A model generated the notes under the pieces. The model saw only the letters and a program-made list of their open reading frames with translations, did not search any database and was not told the DNA's origin. Below, piece by piece: positions 46,188 through 56,506 of a DNA stretch of 64,000 nt (positions are counted from its first letter, which is position 1; each line of letters begins with the position of its first letter). The position numbers were made by a program, and so were the translations under genes. The stretch is taken from positions 416,001 to 480,000 of the forward strand of contig JBGPIA010000001.1 of assembly GCA_041484665.1 (NCBI GenBank), in the 5' to 3' direction. Origin of the DNA: Candidatus Krumholzibacteriia bacterium (GTDB lineage Bacteria; Krumholzibacteriota; Krumholzibacteriia; JAJRXK01).

Positions 46188-46315
46188 CATGCAACGTGAC
46201 GGCCGCGCCCCGCACCGCCAGCGCTGGAGGGGGACCGGCGTACTGCCCGCGCCGCCAGCGCGATCCGCGCGACGCGCACCGCAGCGACATCCCCGCGCCA
46301 GCAGGAGGAATCGCC

Positions 46316-47530
46316 ATGTCCAACCGAGCCGGCGCTCGCCGGGGTTCCGCGCGCGCGCACCGCCTGCGCCACGGGCCAGCCGCCGCGCTGCTGCTGCTGG
46401 CCGCGGCCCTGGGCACCACTGCTCGCGCTCTTGCCGCGGATCGCTCCCAGAGCTTCACGTTCCACGGCGAGGAGCTGGTGATCGCCGACCTGATCGGGCG
46501 GGTGGAGGTGACGGGCAACAAGGGAGACGCCTTCGAGGTCGAAGTGCAGGTGCATGGCCGCGACGCCAGCGACGCCCAGCCACGCATCGAGACCACCGAA
46601 GGAAGCCACGCACAGCTCTCGGTGCGCTTTCCGCTCGAGCAAGAGCGCGCCTTCATCTACCCGGAGCTCGGACCGGACTCGCAGTGCAACTTCCGCATCC
46701 GCGACGCCAAGGATCGGGAGGGGGAGCATCGCCGCTGGCTCGATGCGCTCTTGGCGGGCTTCGCCGGCCGCAAGGTCGAGGTCAAGGGTAGCGGCTTTGG
46801 ACTGGAGATGTGGGCCGACGTGCACGTCAAGGTGCCCAGCGGCGCGCGCCTGGAGGTGGATCTGGGCGTTGGGCGGATCGACGCCCGGGGCGTCGGCGCG
46901 AACCTGCGCCTGGCCCTCAAGAGCGGCCCGCTGCGCACTGCGAACGTGGACGGCGACGTGTGGCTGGACACGGGAGCGGGCGACGTCCAGGTGGACGGCG
47001 TGCATGGCCGGCTGGACGTCGACACCGGCTCCGGACAGGTCGACGTCTCCGACGTAGAAGGCGATCTGCACGTGGACACCGGCAGCGGCAATGTGAGCGC
47101 GCGCGGGTGCCGTGGGGAGAAGTTCGCGGTCGACACCGGCAGTGGCGACGTGCAGCTCGATCGCGTGCAGTGCCGCGACTTCGAAGTGGACACCGGCAGT
47201 GGCGGCGTCGAGGCGGGCGCCGTGAGTGCCGAGCGCCTCACGATCGACACCGGCAGCGGCGCCGTCTCGCTGCAGCTGGACGCGCTGCAGCGCGGCGCCT
47301 TCAAGGTGGATACCGGGGCGGGGACCATCACGCTTGACCTGCCCGACCACGCCTCGGCGCGGATCAAGGCGAGCACGGGCAGCGGCGAGGTACGCGTAGA
47401 CGTGAAGGAGGCCCGCACACAGCATCTGGCCCGCGATGAGGTGGAGCTGGTGGTGGGCGGCGGAGAGGCGCAGGTGGTGCTCGACACCTCCAGCGGAGGC
47501 GTGCGAATCCGGCAGCGCGGCCGCGGCTGA
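46316..47530 (+). CDS. DUF4097 / putative-adhesin beta-strand repeat protein, secreted
   Basis: AGGAGG SD, signal peptide, and about nine repeats with core (V/I/L)DTGSG at roughly 19-21 aa spacing. Confidence 0.88.
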   Translation: MSNRAGARRGSARAHRLRHGPAAALLLLAAALGTTARALAADRSQSFTFHGEELVIADLIGRVEVTGNKGDAFEVEVQVHGRDASDAQPRIETTEGSHAQLSVRFPLEQERAFIYPELGPDSQCNFRIRDAKDREGEHRRWLDALLAGFAGRKVEVKGSGFGLEMWADVHVKVPSGARLEVDLGVGRIDARGVGANLRLALKSGPLRTANVDGDVWLDTGAGDVQVDGVHGRLDVDTGSGQVDVSDVEGDLHVDTGSGNVSARGCRGEKFAVDTGSGDVQLDRVQCRDFEVDTGSGGVEAGAVSAERLTIDTGSGAVSLQLDALQRGAFKVDTGAGTITLDLPDHASARIKASTGSGEVRVDVKEARTQHLARDEVELVVGGGEAQVVLDTSSGGVRIRQRGRG

Positions 47531-47584
47531 CGCCGCGATCGCCGCTCGAACGACCCACGAATGACCGAACGACGAGGAGGAGCC

Positions 47585-48694
47585 ATGCAGGAGACGAGCA
47601 GCACGCGCGGCCAGCGGGTGCCGCCGCGCGCGAGCCGCCCACGGTGCGCGCGGCCAGGCTGCGGCGCGCGATCCAGGCGGACAGTGCGAGCAGCGTGGAC
47701 AGCGCGAGCAGCGCGGACAGCGACCGATCTGACTGCGATCGTCGCGCTGAGCGGGCTGGCGGGGCTCGCGCTGCCGCCGGTTCCCGCGCGCGCCGACTAC
47801 GACCAGCACGTCAGCCTCAAAGGAGAGTCGCTGCTGCTGGTCAATCTGGCCGGCAGTGTTACGATCCTCCCCAACGACGGCCCAGCGTTCGAGGTGGACG
47901 TGGCAGTGCGCGGCAAGGACGGGACGCGCGAGACGGTGCGGATCGAGACCTCCGACGGGCCACAGGCGAAGCTGGTGCTGCGGTATCCCCTCGACAAGGA
48001 AGACCGCTTCGTCTACCCGCCCATGGGGCACGGGTCGACCACCGTCTTCGAGCACTCGCGTGGCGACCATGAGAAGCAGGAGTGGGTGCGCGAGCTGTTC
48101 GGCGGCGAACGCGGCCACCGCGTCCGTGTCACGGGCAGGGGCGCGGGTACGGAGGCGTACGCGGACCTGACCGTGCGGGTGCCGCGGGGGAGCAAGCTCC
48201 AGACGGGGCTGGCCGTCGGTGGCTATCAGGTCGACGGCGTGGAGGCGGATCTGACCCTCTTCAGCATGAGCGGCGACGCCACCTTGCGGCGCGTGCGAGG
48301 CGGCGTGCGCGTGGACACCGGCAGCGGCGACGTGGAGCTGTCCGACGTTACGGGCGACATCTCCGTCGATACCGGCAGCGGCGACGTGGAGATCGCCAAG
48401 GTGAGCGGATCGCTCAGCGTGGACACCGGGAGCGGCGATCTGGAGCTGGCGCTCACGCGCATGGGCGACGGTCGTTACGAGCTGGACACCGGCAGTGGCG
48501 AGATCCTGCTGCGCGTGCCCTCCGACGCGTCGGCCCGCGTGGAAGCGTCCACCGGCAGCGGGAGCATCCACCTCGACGTGAACGATGCCGTGGTGGAGCG
48601 CCTGAAGGAAGACGAGGCGACGTTCCAGCTCGGCGACGGTCGCGCACAGGTGCGGCTGCAGACGGGCAGCGGCTCGATCCGCATCGCGCGCTGA
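47585..48694 (+). CDS. DUF4097 / putative-adhesin beta-strand repeat protein, second paralog
   Basis: GAGGAGGAG SD, signal peptide ending PARA, about six DTGSG/xTGSG repeats, and an N-domain colinear with the upstream paralog. Confidence 0.88.
   Translation: MQETSSTRGQRVPPRASRPRCARPGCGARSRRTVRAAWTARAARTATDLTAIVALSGLAGLALPPVPARADYDQHVSLKGESLLLVNLAGSVTILPNDGPAFEVDVAVRGKDGTRETVRIETSDGPQAKLVLRYPLDKEDRFVYPPMGHGSTTVFEHSRGDHEKQEWVRELFGGERGHRVRVTGRGAGTEAYADLTVRVPRGSKLQTGLAVGGYQVDGVEADLTLFSMSGDATLRRVRGGVRVDTGSGDVELSDVTGDISVDTGSGDVEIAKVSGSLSVDTGSGDLELALTRMGDGRYELDTGSGEILLRVPSDASARVEASTGSGSIHLDVNDAVVERLKEDEATFQLGDGRAQVRLQTGSGSIRIAR
47679..47722 (+). repeat. 18-bp tandem repeat, about 2.4 copies, in the signal-peptide N-region
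   Basis: GGACAGTGCGAGCAGCGT GGACAGCGCGAGCAGCGC GGACAGCG. Confidence 0.7.
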
Positions 48695-48723
48695 GGGGTT
48701 GGACGGCGGAGCGGACGCGTTGG

Positions 48724-49725
48724 CTAGCGGCCCAGTTTGAGCAGGATCAGCCACTGGCGGCTGTCCGCCGCCTTGGCGTAGGCCTCGACCGCATCGTCGA
48801 ACGTGAAGACGCGGGTGACCACCTCGGTGGGATCGAGCAGCTTGGCGGCGAGGATGCCCATCACGGCCTCGAGCGGTCCCTCCCGCAGCCCGAGCACCCG
48901 CACGTTCTTGTCCTGGATGTAGCTCAATGCGCGTGGCTGGGCGTCATTGCCGCTACTGAGCATGAACAGCACGCCGCCGCGCGAGACCAGCCGCGCGGCG
49001 GCCAGCCAGCCCGAGGGCTGTCCGCTGGCCTCCACCACGTAGGGATAGCTGGCGAGCGCCGGCCCGAAGCGCCCCGGGCGCAGCCCCATGACCTCCGCCT
49101 CGTCGCCGGCCAGATTGAAGTGGATTCCGTGGCGGCGCAGCAGGTCGAAACAATGCCCGTGCTTGCCGCGCACGGTGACGGTGTAGCCGGCGCCGGACAT
49201 GGCGAGCGCCGCCAGCAGCCCGATGGCGCCGTCGCCGATCACCAGCACGTTGGTCCAGGTGGGCATGGCGCCGCGGGCGATCGCGCTGTAGACGCCGGCG
49301 ACCAACGGCGCGATCGCCGCGGCTTCCTCGCTCACCTCGGGGGGCACCAGACAGACGGCTCGCACGGGCAGCGTCACCAGCTCCGCGTGGCCGCCGTGCG
49401 CCAGGCGGTAGCCGGGGCGCACGCGGTCGCGGCAGCGCCACTCGGTGCCGGCCCGGCAGGTATCGCACGCGCCGCAGCCGTAGAGCCCGCGCCCCACAAC
49501 GCGCCGACCCACCAGCTTGCGCGCCGCGGTGCCGCGGGCGTCCTCCACAATCCCGGTGAAACAGCTGCCCGGGATGCCCCGGAACGGCACCAGGCGCTGG
49601 GCGACCTCCACATCGAGGGAGGTCACGACGCTCATGCGCACGCGCACGCGCAGCTCCCCCTCGCGCAGCTCGGGATCCGGGACGGTCGCGAGCGTGAGCC
49701 CTTCGTCGACCTGCAGCGCCCTCAC
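48724..49725 (-). CDS. Zn-ADH/threonine-dehydrogenase-like MDR protein, catalytic Zn ligands absent
   Basis: Structural CGACDTC...C and Rossmann GDGAIG are present. VVTSLD and GSC replace the canonical ICGSD and GHE. GTGA-coupled. Confidence 0.85.
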   Translation of the reverse strand: MRALQVDEGLTLATVPDPELREGELRVRVRMSVVTSLDVEVAQRLVPFRGIPGSCFTGIVEDARGTAARKLVGRRVVGRGLYGCGACDTCRAGTEWRCRDRVRPGYRLAHGGHAELVTLPVRAVCLVPPEVSEEAAAIAPLVAGVYSAIARGAMPTWTNVLVIGDGAIGLLAALAMSGAGYTVTVRGKHGHCFDLLRRHGIHFNLAGDEAEVMGLRPGRFGPALASYPYVVEASGQPSGWLAAARLVSRGGVLFMLSSGNDAQPRALSYIQDKNVRVLGLREGPLEAVMGILAAKLLDPTEVVTRVFTFDDAVEAYAKAADSRQWLILLKLGR

Positions 49726-50759
49726 TTGCCCAGCCTCGCGGTGTTCCCGGCGTCGCTGCGCAGGATGACTTTCAGCGCCCCGCGCTGCCCCGCCTTCTCG
49801 AACGCGGCAACGCCTTCCTGCAATGGCAGCGTGGCGTGCACCAACGGCAGGATGTCGATGCGCTTGCGCGCCAGGTAGTCCAGCCCTCCCTCCAGGGACC
49901 CGCCGCTGACCCCGATCACCTCGATCTCCCGGTCCACCAGCAGCCGCAGGTCGAATCCATCCTGCGGCCCGTAACGGCTGAGCACGACGAGCCGCCCGCG
50001 CGGCCGCAGCGCGGTGGCGGCGAGCTCGAAGCCCGAAGGCCGCCCCGAGCACTCGAAGACCGTACCGTAGGATTCGGGGGCGAACGGGCCGTCGGTCATG
50101 TTCCGGCCGAGCGCCGCATCCTCGTGGACCCCGGTAAAGCTGATCCCGTTGCGCCAGAGCAGATCCCGGCGGGACGGGTGACGGCCCAGGACGCTCACCG
50201 TGTGGCCTTCGGCGTGCAGCACCAGCGTCACGAGCAGCCCGAGGTTGCCATCGCCCACCACCAGCACCCGCTGCGGCGGTATCCCATCGATCCACGCCAC
50301 CGCGGCGAGAGCGGCCGAGAGCGGGTGAGCGAACACCGCCTCGTCATCGTCGACGGTTGGTGGGACGTCCACCAGGCAACGCTCCGGCAGAGCGATCCAC
50401 TCGGCAAAGGCCCCATCCAGCGAACCGGTGCCGATGGGCCTGGGCAGCTCACTCTCGCAGAGGCCCGGGTGCCGGGTCCGGCACGCGCCGCAGCGACCGC
50501 AGCCGCGATGGGATTGTGCGATCACCCGGCGCCCCACCCAGCGCTCCGGCGCGGGGGGGGCCACTTCCGTCACCTCGCCGACGAACTGGTGGCCCAGCAC
50601 GGTGGGCCGGACTTCGGGCAGACGCACCCCCCGTACGATATCCAGGTCCGGCCGGGAGATGGCGCAGGCCCGGATGCGGATGAGCGCGTCGCCGTCCTGG
50701 GGCTGGCCGCGCGGGAGCATGCCGAGGCGCAGCGCGCCGTCGTAGATCAGCGCGCGCAT
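49722..50759 (-). CDS. Zn-ADH/threonine-dehydrogenase-like MDR protein, degenerate catalytic site
   Basis: CGRCGAC...C, DGAFAEW, GDGNLG and ECSG are present. ISRPD and GHQ replace ICGSD and GHE. Start uncertain (50759, 50795 or 50894). Confidence 0.85.
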   Translation of the reverse strand: MRALIYDGALRLGMLPRGQPQDGDALIRIRACAISRPDLDIVRGVRLPEVRPTVLGHQFVGEVTEVAPPAPERWVGRRVIAQSHRGCGRCGACRTRHPGLCESELPRPIGTGSLDGAFAEWIALPERCLVDVPPTVDDDEAVFAHPLSAALAAVAWIDGIPPQRVLVVGDGNLGLLVTLVLHAEGHTVSVLGRHPSRRDLLWRNGISFTGVHEDAALGRNMTDGPFAPESYGTVFECSGRPSGFELAATALRPRGRLVVLSRYGPQDGFDLRLLVDREIEVIGVSGGSLEGGLDYLARKRIDILPLVHATLPLQEGVAAFEKAGQRGALKVILRSDAGNTARLGK

Positions 50760-50916
50760 GTTGCGGGGACGCTGGCCCTGGGCCACCTGCCGCATGAGCA
50801 CGAGGTCCCTCTGGGGGGCGGGCGGAGCCGGTGCTGCGGGCACCTTCCGGGCTCCCGGGGGAGCCACACCGTCGACGGAGCGGTCGTCTCGCAAGGCAAT
50901 CCCCGTGCCGCGGCAG

Positions 50917-52083
50917 CTAGCGTGGAGGCGGATCGGCCCAGTCGCCGATCACGACGTCGGTGTCCCGAGGCCTGTCGGGCACATAGTTACCACACCAGAC
51001 CAGCCGACGGCCATCGGGCGAGAACATCGGGAACCCGTCGAAGGCGGGATTCCAGGTCAGACGCCGGCTGCTGCCGTCCGCCAGGTCGAGCAGGTAAAGC
51101 TCGAAATTGAAGCCGTAGCGCCCCTTGAGGGTTCCATCGAAGTCGTCGCGGTTGCTGGCGTAGACGATGCGGTGCCCATCCGGGTGCGGGTAGGGCGCCC
51201 AGCTGGTGACGCCCTTGTCCCCCTCGGCGGTGAGCTGCTTCGGGTTGCCCCCGTCAGCGTCCATCATGAACAGATCGAGCCTGGCCGGCCGGATCAGGTG
51301 CTGGGCCAGCAGGCGCCGGTAGTCCAGAAGCTCCTCGCCCTGCGGATGGCGCGCACGGAAGACGATCCGCTGGCCGTCGGCGGTGTAGCAGCCCCCGCCA
51401 TCGTAGCCCGGCGTCTGGGTGAGCCGGCGAACTTCATGTCCTTCGGGGTCCATGTCATAGAGCTCGAGGTCGCCGTCGCGATCGGAGGTGAACAGGACGC
51501 GCTTGCCGTCGGGGCGGAAGACGCACTCGGCATCGTAGCCCGGCGTATCGGTCAGGCGGATGGGCACTCCGCCCGACGTGGGCATCTTGAAGATGTCGTA
51601 CGTGGCGTAGACCGCCCAGGTGTAGCCCGCGGTCTGGTCTGGCGGCGGCGGGCATCCGTCACCCGCCGGATGGGTCGAGGCGTAGACGATCCAGCGTCCG
51701 TCCGGAGAGAAGAATCCGCAGGTGGTCCGTCCCTTCCCGCTGGAGACCTGCCGCAGCCCCGTCCCGTCCGGGGCCATGGCGTAGATGATATCGCAGCCGG
51801 CAGTGTCGCGCGTCGACTGGAAGACGAGCGTGCGCCCGTCCGGGGAGAAATACGCCTCGGCGTTATCCCACTTCTTGTGCCCACCCGGGTTGTCGGTGAG
51901 CCGGCGGACGTTGCGCAGCGCGGCATCGAAGTGGACGTCCTTGGGCAGCGTGGCGGCCGCCGCCAGCGAGAACTCCTGCGCCGGCCGCGGAGGCTGGGAC
52001 TTCTGACGGGCGGTGCTCCGCCACAGCAAGAGCGAGAGCAGGGCCAGCATCATGATGAAGACCAGGGGAACAGTCCTGCGCAT
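50917..52083 (-). CDS. TolB-like PD40 beta-propeller protein, exported
   Basis: Repeated FSPDG-type motifs, NAEAYFSPDG, GRTTCGFF, GYDAE, FTSDRDGDLELY and FDGFPMFSPDG. Confidence 0.88.
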   Translation of the reverse strand: MRRTVPLVFIMMLALLSLLLWRSTARQKSQPPRPAQEFSLAAAATLPKDVHFDAALRNVRRLTDNPGGHKKWDNAEAYFSPDGRTLVFQSTRDTAGCDIIYAMAPDGTGLRQVSSGKGRTTCGFFSPDGRWIVYASTHPAGDGCPPPPDQTAGYTWAVYATYDIFKMPTSGGVPIRLTDTPGYDAECVFRPDGKRVLFTSDRDGDLELYDMDPEGHEVRRLTQTPGYDGGGCYTADGQRIVFRARHPQGEELLDYRRLLAQHLIRPARLDLFMMDADGGNPKQLTAEGDKGVTSWAPYPHPDGHRIVYASNRDDFDGTLKGRYGFNFELYLLDLADGSSRRLTWNPAFDGFPMFSPDGRRLVWCGNYVPDRPRDTDVVIGDWADPPPR

Positions 52084-54188
52084 CAGACTCCACCCGTGGC
52101 TCGTGTCAGACCGAGGTCCTGCGCCATGGCCTGCGGGTCGTGGGCCGGGCGGCGGCAGACGAAGCCGCGGCAGACGTACGCCGCGGGCGCGCCGCCGGGC
52201 TGCGGATGCTTGCCCTGCACGGGCGACAGCAGAGCGGCCGCAGCATCCCCCACGTCCGCAGCTGGCGCAAGGGAGATCGTGAGCCCCGGGTGGAAGCCCG
52301 ACCGGGCGGCCGCCACCAGGGCCCCGGTGCGCGGGTCGAGAGCGTCGCCGGCCAGCACCAGCTGCACGCGCTCCGACAGCCACGCGTCCAGTGCGAGGAG
52401 CATTGTGGCCAGGCTCAACGGCTGCTCGCTCAGGACGGCGCTGAACGCGGAGAGGATCCGCTCCGCCTGGGCGGCATAGGCGTCCTCGCCGGTGAGCTCG
52501 AAGAGCGTGATGGAGTTGGCGGCCGCGAGCGAGTTCGCGGTGGGAGTCGCGCCGTCGTAGCCCGTCTTCACGCGCACGATCACGTCCGCCTGGCCCGTCG
52601 GCGTCGTGAACAGCGCCCCATCGGCGGGATCGGCGAAGCGCTCCATCATCTCGCGATGCAGCTCGATGGCAGCGCGCGCGTAGCGCAGATCGAAGCCAGC
52701 CTGGTAGAGCTCCAGCAGTCCGCGGACCAGGCAGGCGTACTCCTCGCTGGCAGCGGGGATGGCGGCTTCGCCGTCGCGGTACCGACGAAGCAGGCCACTG
52801 GGCGTGCGCAGCGTGCCCACCACGAAGTCGGCGGCGCGCGTCGCGGCGCTCAAGTAGCGCGCCTCCTCCAGCACGCTGGCGCCACGAGCGAGCGCGTGGA
52901 TCATCAGCCCGTTCCAGGCGGTCAGCACCTTGTCGTCGCGATGAGGGCGCACCCGACCGCTGCGGGCCGCCCTCAGGATCTCCCGGCCACGCTGCAGGCG
53001 TGCTTCCACATCGGCGACCGGCAGCCCGCGCGAGCCCGCCAGCTGCTCCGTCGTCGTGGCGCGATGCAGGATGTTGCGCCCCTCGAAATTGCCCTGCGCG
53101 GTGAGACCGTAGTGGTCGATGAGCAGCGGCGCGATGTCGGTCGGCAGCAGGCGCTCGACTTCAGCCAGGTCCCACAGGTAGAAGCGGCCCTCCTCCCCCT
53201 CGCTGTCGGCGTCCTGTGCGCTGTGGAAACCCCCCGTGGGATCGGTCATGTCGCGCAGCACGTAGTCCAGCGTCTCGCGCGCCACGCGGGCGTAGCGCGG
53301 CTGCCGCGTGAGCTGGTAGGCCTCCAGGTAATGGAAGGCGAGCTGAGCGTTGTCGTAGAGCATCTTCTCGAAGTGCGGCACGAGCCACTCGCCGTCGGTG
53401 GAGTAGCGCGCGAACCCGCCGCCGAGATGATCGTAGATCCCGCCGGCGGCCATTGCGTCCAGGGTGCGGCAGGCGATGGCCAGCGCCGTCGCGTCGCCCG
53501 TGCGGTGGAAGGTCCGCAGGCAAAGCGCGCCGAAATCCGCACGCGGAAACTTGGGCGCCCGCCCGAAGCCGCCGCGGCGGTCATCGTGCAGCCGGACGAG
53601 CTGGGCGTAGCCCGCGTCGAGGATCTCCGCGCCCAATGCCGCGCGCGCGCTGGGGAGAGTGGCGAGCTGCGTGAGCGCCGCGGCGTACTCGCCCGCCGCG
53701 TTCTGGATGTCGCTGCGGCGCTCGCGATACGCGGCGGCGATGGCGCCCAGCACCGCCGCGAATCCCGGACGGCCGTGGCGGTCGGCGGGCGGGAAGTACG
53801 TGCCCCCATAGAACGGCTTGCGCTCCGGCGTGAGCCAGACGTTCAGCGGCCAGCCGCCCTGCCCGGTCAGGCTCTGCACGAACGCCATGTAGATCTCATC
53901 GACGTCGGGGCGCTCCTCGCGGTCGACCTTCACCGGAACGAACTGCTCGTTCAAGAGCGCAGCGATGGCGGGATCCTCGAAGCTCTCACGCTCCATCACG
54001 TGGCACCAGTGGCACGTGGAGTATCCGATGGAGACGAACAGCGGCCGGTCCTCGCGGCGCGCCTTGGCGAACGCCTCCTCCCCCCACGCGTGCCAGTCCA
54101 CGGGGTTGTGTGCATGTTGCAAGAGGTAGGGGCTCTTTTCGCGCGCCAGCCGGTTGGCGGGTCGCTGGGGCAGGGCGTGCTGCTCCAC
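52083..54188 (-). CDS. Thioredoxin-domain protein YyaL/SSP411 (DUF255)
   Basis: Motifs [52 protein letters not shown] and [17 protein letters not shown] precedes GTG 54188. Confidence 0.95.
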   Translation of the reverse strand: MEQHALPQRPANRLAREKSPYLLQHAHNPVDWHAWGEEAFAKARREDRPLFVSIGYSTCHWCHVMERESFEDPAIAALLNEQFVPVKVDREERPDVDEIYMAFVQSLTGQGGWPLNVWLTPERKPFYGGTYFPPADRHGRPGFAAVLGAIAAAYRERRSDIQNAAGEYAAALTQLATLPSARAALGAEILDAGYAQLVRLHDDRRGGFGRAPKFPRADFGALCLRTFHRTGDATALAIACRTLDAMAAGGIYDHLGGGFARYSTDGEWLVPHFEKMLYDNAQLAFHYLEAYQLTRQPRYARVARETLDYVLRDMTDPTGGFHSAQDADSEGEEGRFYLWDLAEVERLLPTDIAPLLIDHYGLTAQGNFEGRNILHRATTTEQLAGSRGLPVADVEARLQRGREILRAARSGRVRPHRDDKVLTAWNGLMIHALARGASVLEEARYLSAATRAADFVVGTLRTPSGLLRRYRDGEAAIPAASEEYACLVRGLLELYQAGFDLRYARAAIELHREMMERFADPADGALFTTPTGQADVIVRVKTGYDGATPTANSLAAANSITLFELTGEDAYAAQAERILSAFSAVLSEQPLSLATMLLALDAWLSERVQLVLAGDALDPRTGALVAAARSGFHPGLTISLAPAADVGDAAAALLSPVQGKHPQPGGAPAAYVCRGFVCRRPAHDPQAMAQDLGLTRATGGV

Positions 54189-54461
54189 GGGTGGCTCCTT
54201 GGCGTGGGAAAACACGGACGCGCAGGCCGATGCGGGGAGGAGCCGGGCGCCGGCCGCCATATCCCGCACGCACGGGAAGCCGCGGGGCCGGACGCGGCAA
54301 GATCCGTCGCCTTCGCCGGCCGGCCTCAAGGTAGAGGGGAGCTGCGGGTCCGTCCACGCCGCGCCCCTCAAGGGCGCGCGGGCGGGCGCCCGGGCCGGCC
54401 CTGCACCCTTGCCGGGCAATCTCTTCCCACGCGCGCACAGTCCTTGCAGGGACCCGCGCCA

Positions 54462-54594
54462 GAGATCCCCGGACCGATGAGGCTGCCCGGGCCCTGACGG
54501 GCGGCACCGCCACCGGTGGTGACCTTCGGCTTCCTCATCCCTGCGGGGGCGATGCCGCGCGAAGACCGCACGGGCAACCCCGGTCCGGGATCTC
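54462..54594. ncRNA. Putative structured non-coding element (long irregular hairpin, 133 nt)
   Basis: Nested inverted repeats GAGATCCC(C)GGACCG/CGGTCCGGGATCTC, AGGCTGCCCG/CGGGCAACCC and GCGGCACCGCC/GGCGATGCCGC. The mismatches become G-U pairs on the minus strand. Confidence 0.5.
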
Positions 54595-54640
54595 ACCTTC
54601 TGCTTTGCGCCCGCGCGCTGCCGTGACGCGTGAGCGCTCT

Positions 54641-54683
54641 ACGGCCCAGCCTTCCTCCCGAGGCTGGGCCGTTCCCTTTCCTT
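54641..54683 (+). terminator. Terminator-like hairpin upstream of the aldehyde dehydrogenase promoter
   Basis: 12-bp perfect stem ACGGCCCAGCCT/AGGCTGGGCCGT followed by TCCCTTTCCTT. An extended -10-like TGGTATCTT follows immediately. Confidence 0.55.
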
Positions 54684-54762
54684 GTGGTATCTTGCCCCGT
54701 CGCCGGCTCTGCCGGCCTCCGCGCGCACCTCCCGCGCAAGACGTCACGAGGAGCACTCCATC

Positions 54763-56280
<1,518 letters not shown>

Positions 56281-56337
56281 GTCCTGCGCGCTCCGTTGCG
56301 CAGGCGCACGCAGCAACGGCGGCCCGCTCGGCCGCGG

Positions 56338-56366
56338 TTGAGTTTTCCGGCCAGATGTGGTATAAA
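56338..56366 (+). promoter_or_regulatory. Sigma70 promoter for the S8 peptidase gene
   Basis: TTGAGT-N17-TATAAA with an extended -10 TG. Confidence 0.65.
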
Positions 56367-56506
56367 TACTTCTCCCTCAACGGTTTCACGGCTGGGACTG
56401 CCCGGACGGGACCGGGGGTTGCGTAGCCGACCCCAGGGCGCCCGGGACATTCCGAACGCTTCCTGCACCGAAGGCATCCCCCCATTCTGAAGGAGCCCGT
56501 CCACCC

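Noticed and set aside
46960..48680. Regularly spaced GACACCGGCAGCGGC repeats resembling a CRISPR array
   Set aside because: They are in-frame codons for DTGSG protein repeats with synonymous variation, too short for CRISPR repeats, and no cas genes are present.
52140..54497. 785-aa plus-strand ORF
   Set aside because: It is antisense to the clearly recognisable yyaL gene and has no domain signature.
54490..54570. Hammerhead-like CTGACGG...CGAAG, or a lysine riboswitch upstream of ALDH7
   Set aside because: The core does not match CUGAnGA/GAAA, and I could not find the lysine riboswitch consensus segments. It is kept only as an unclassified structure.
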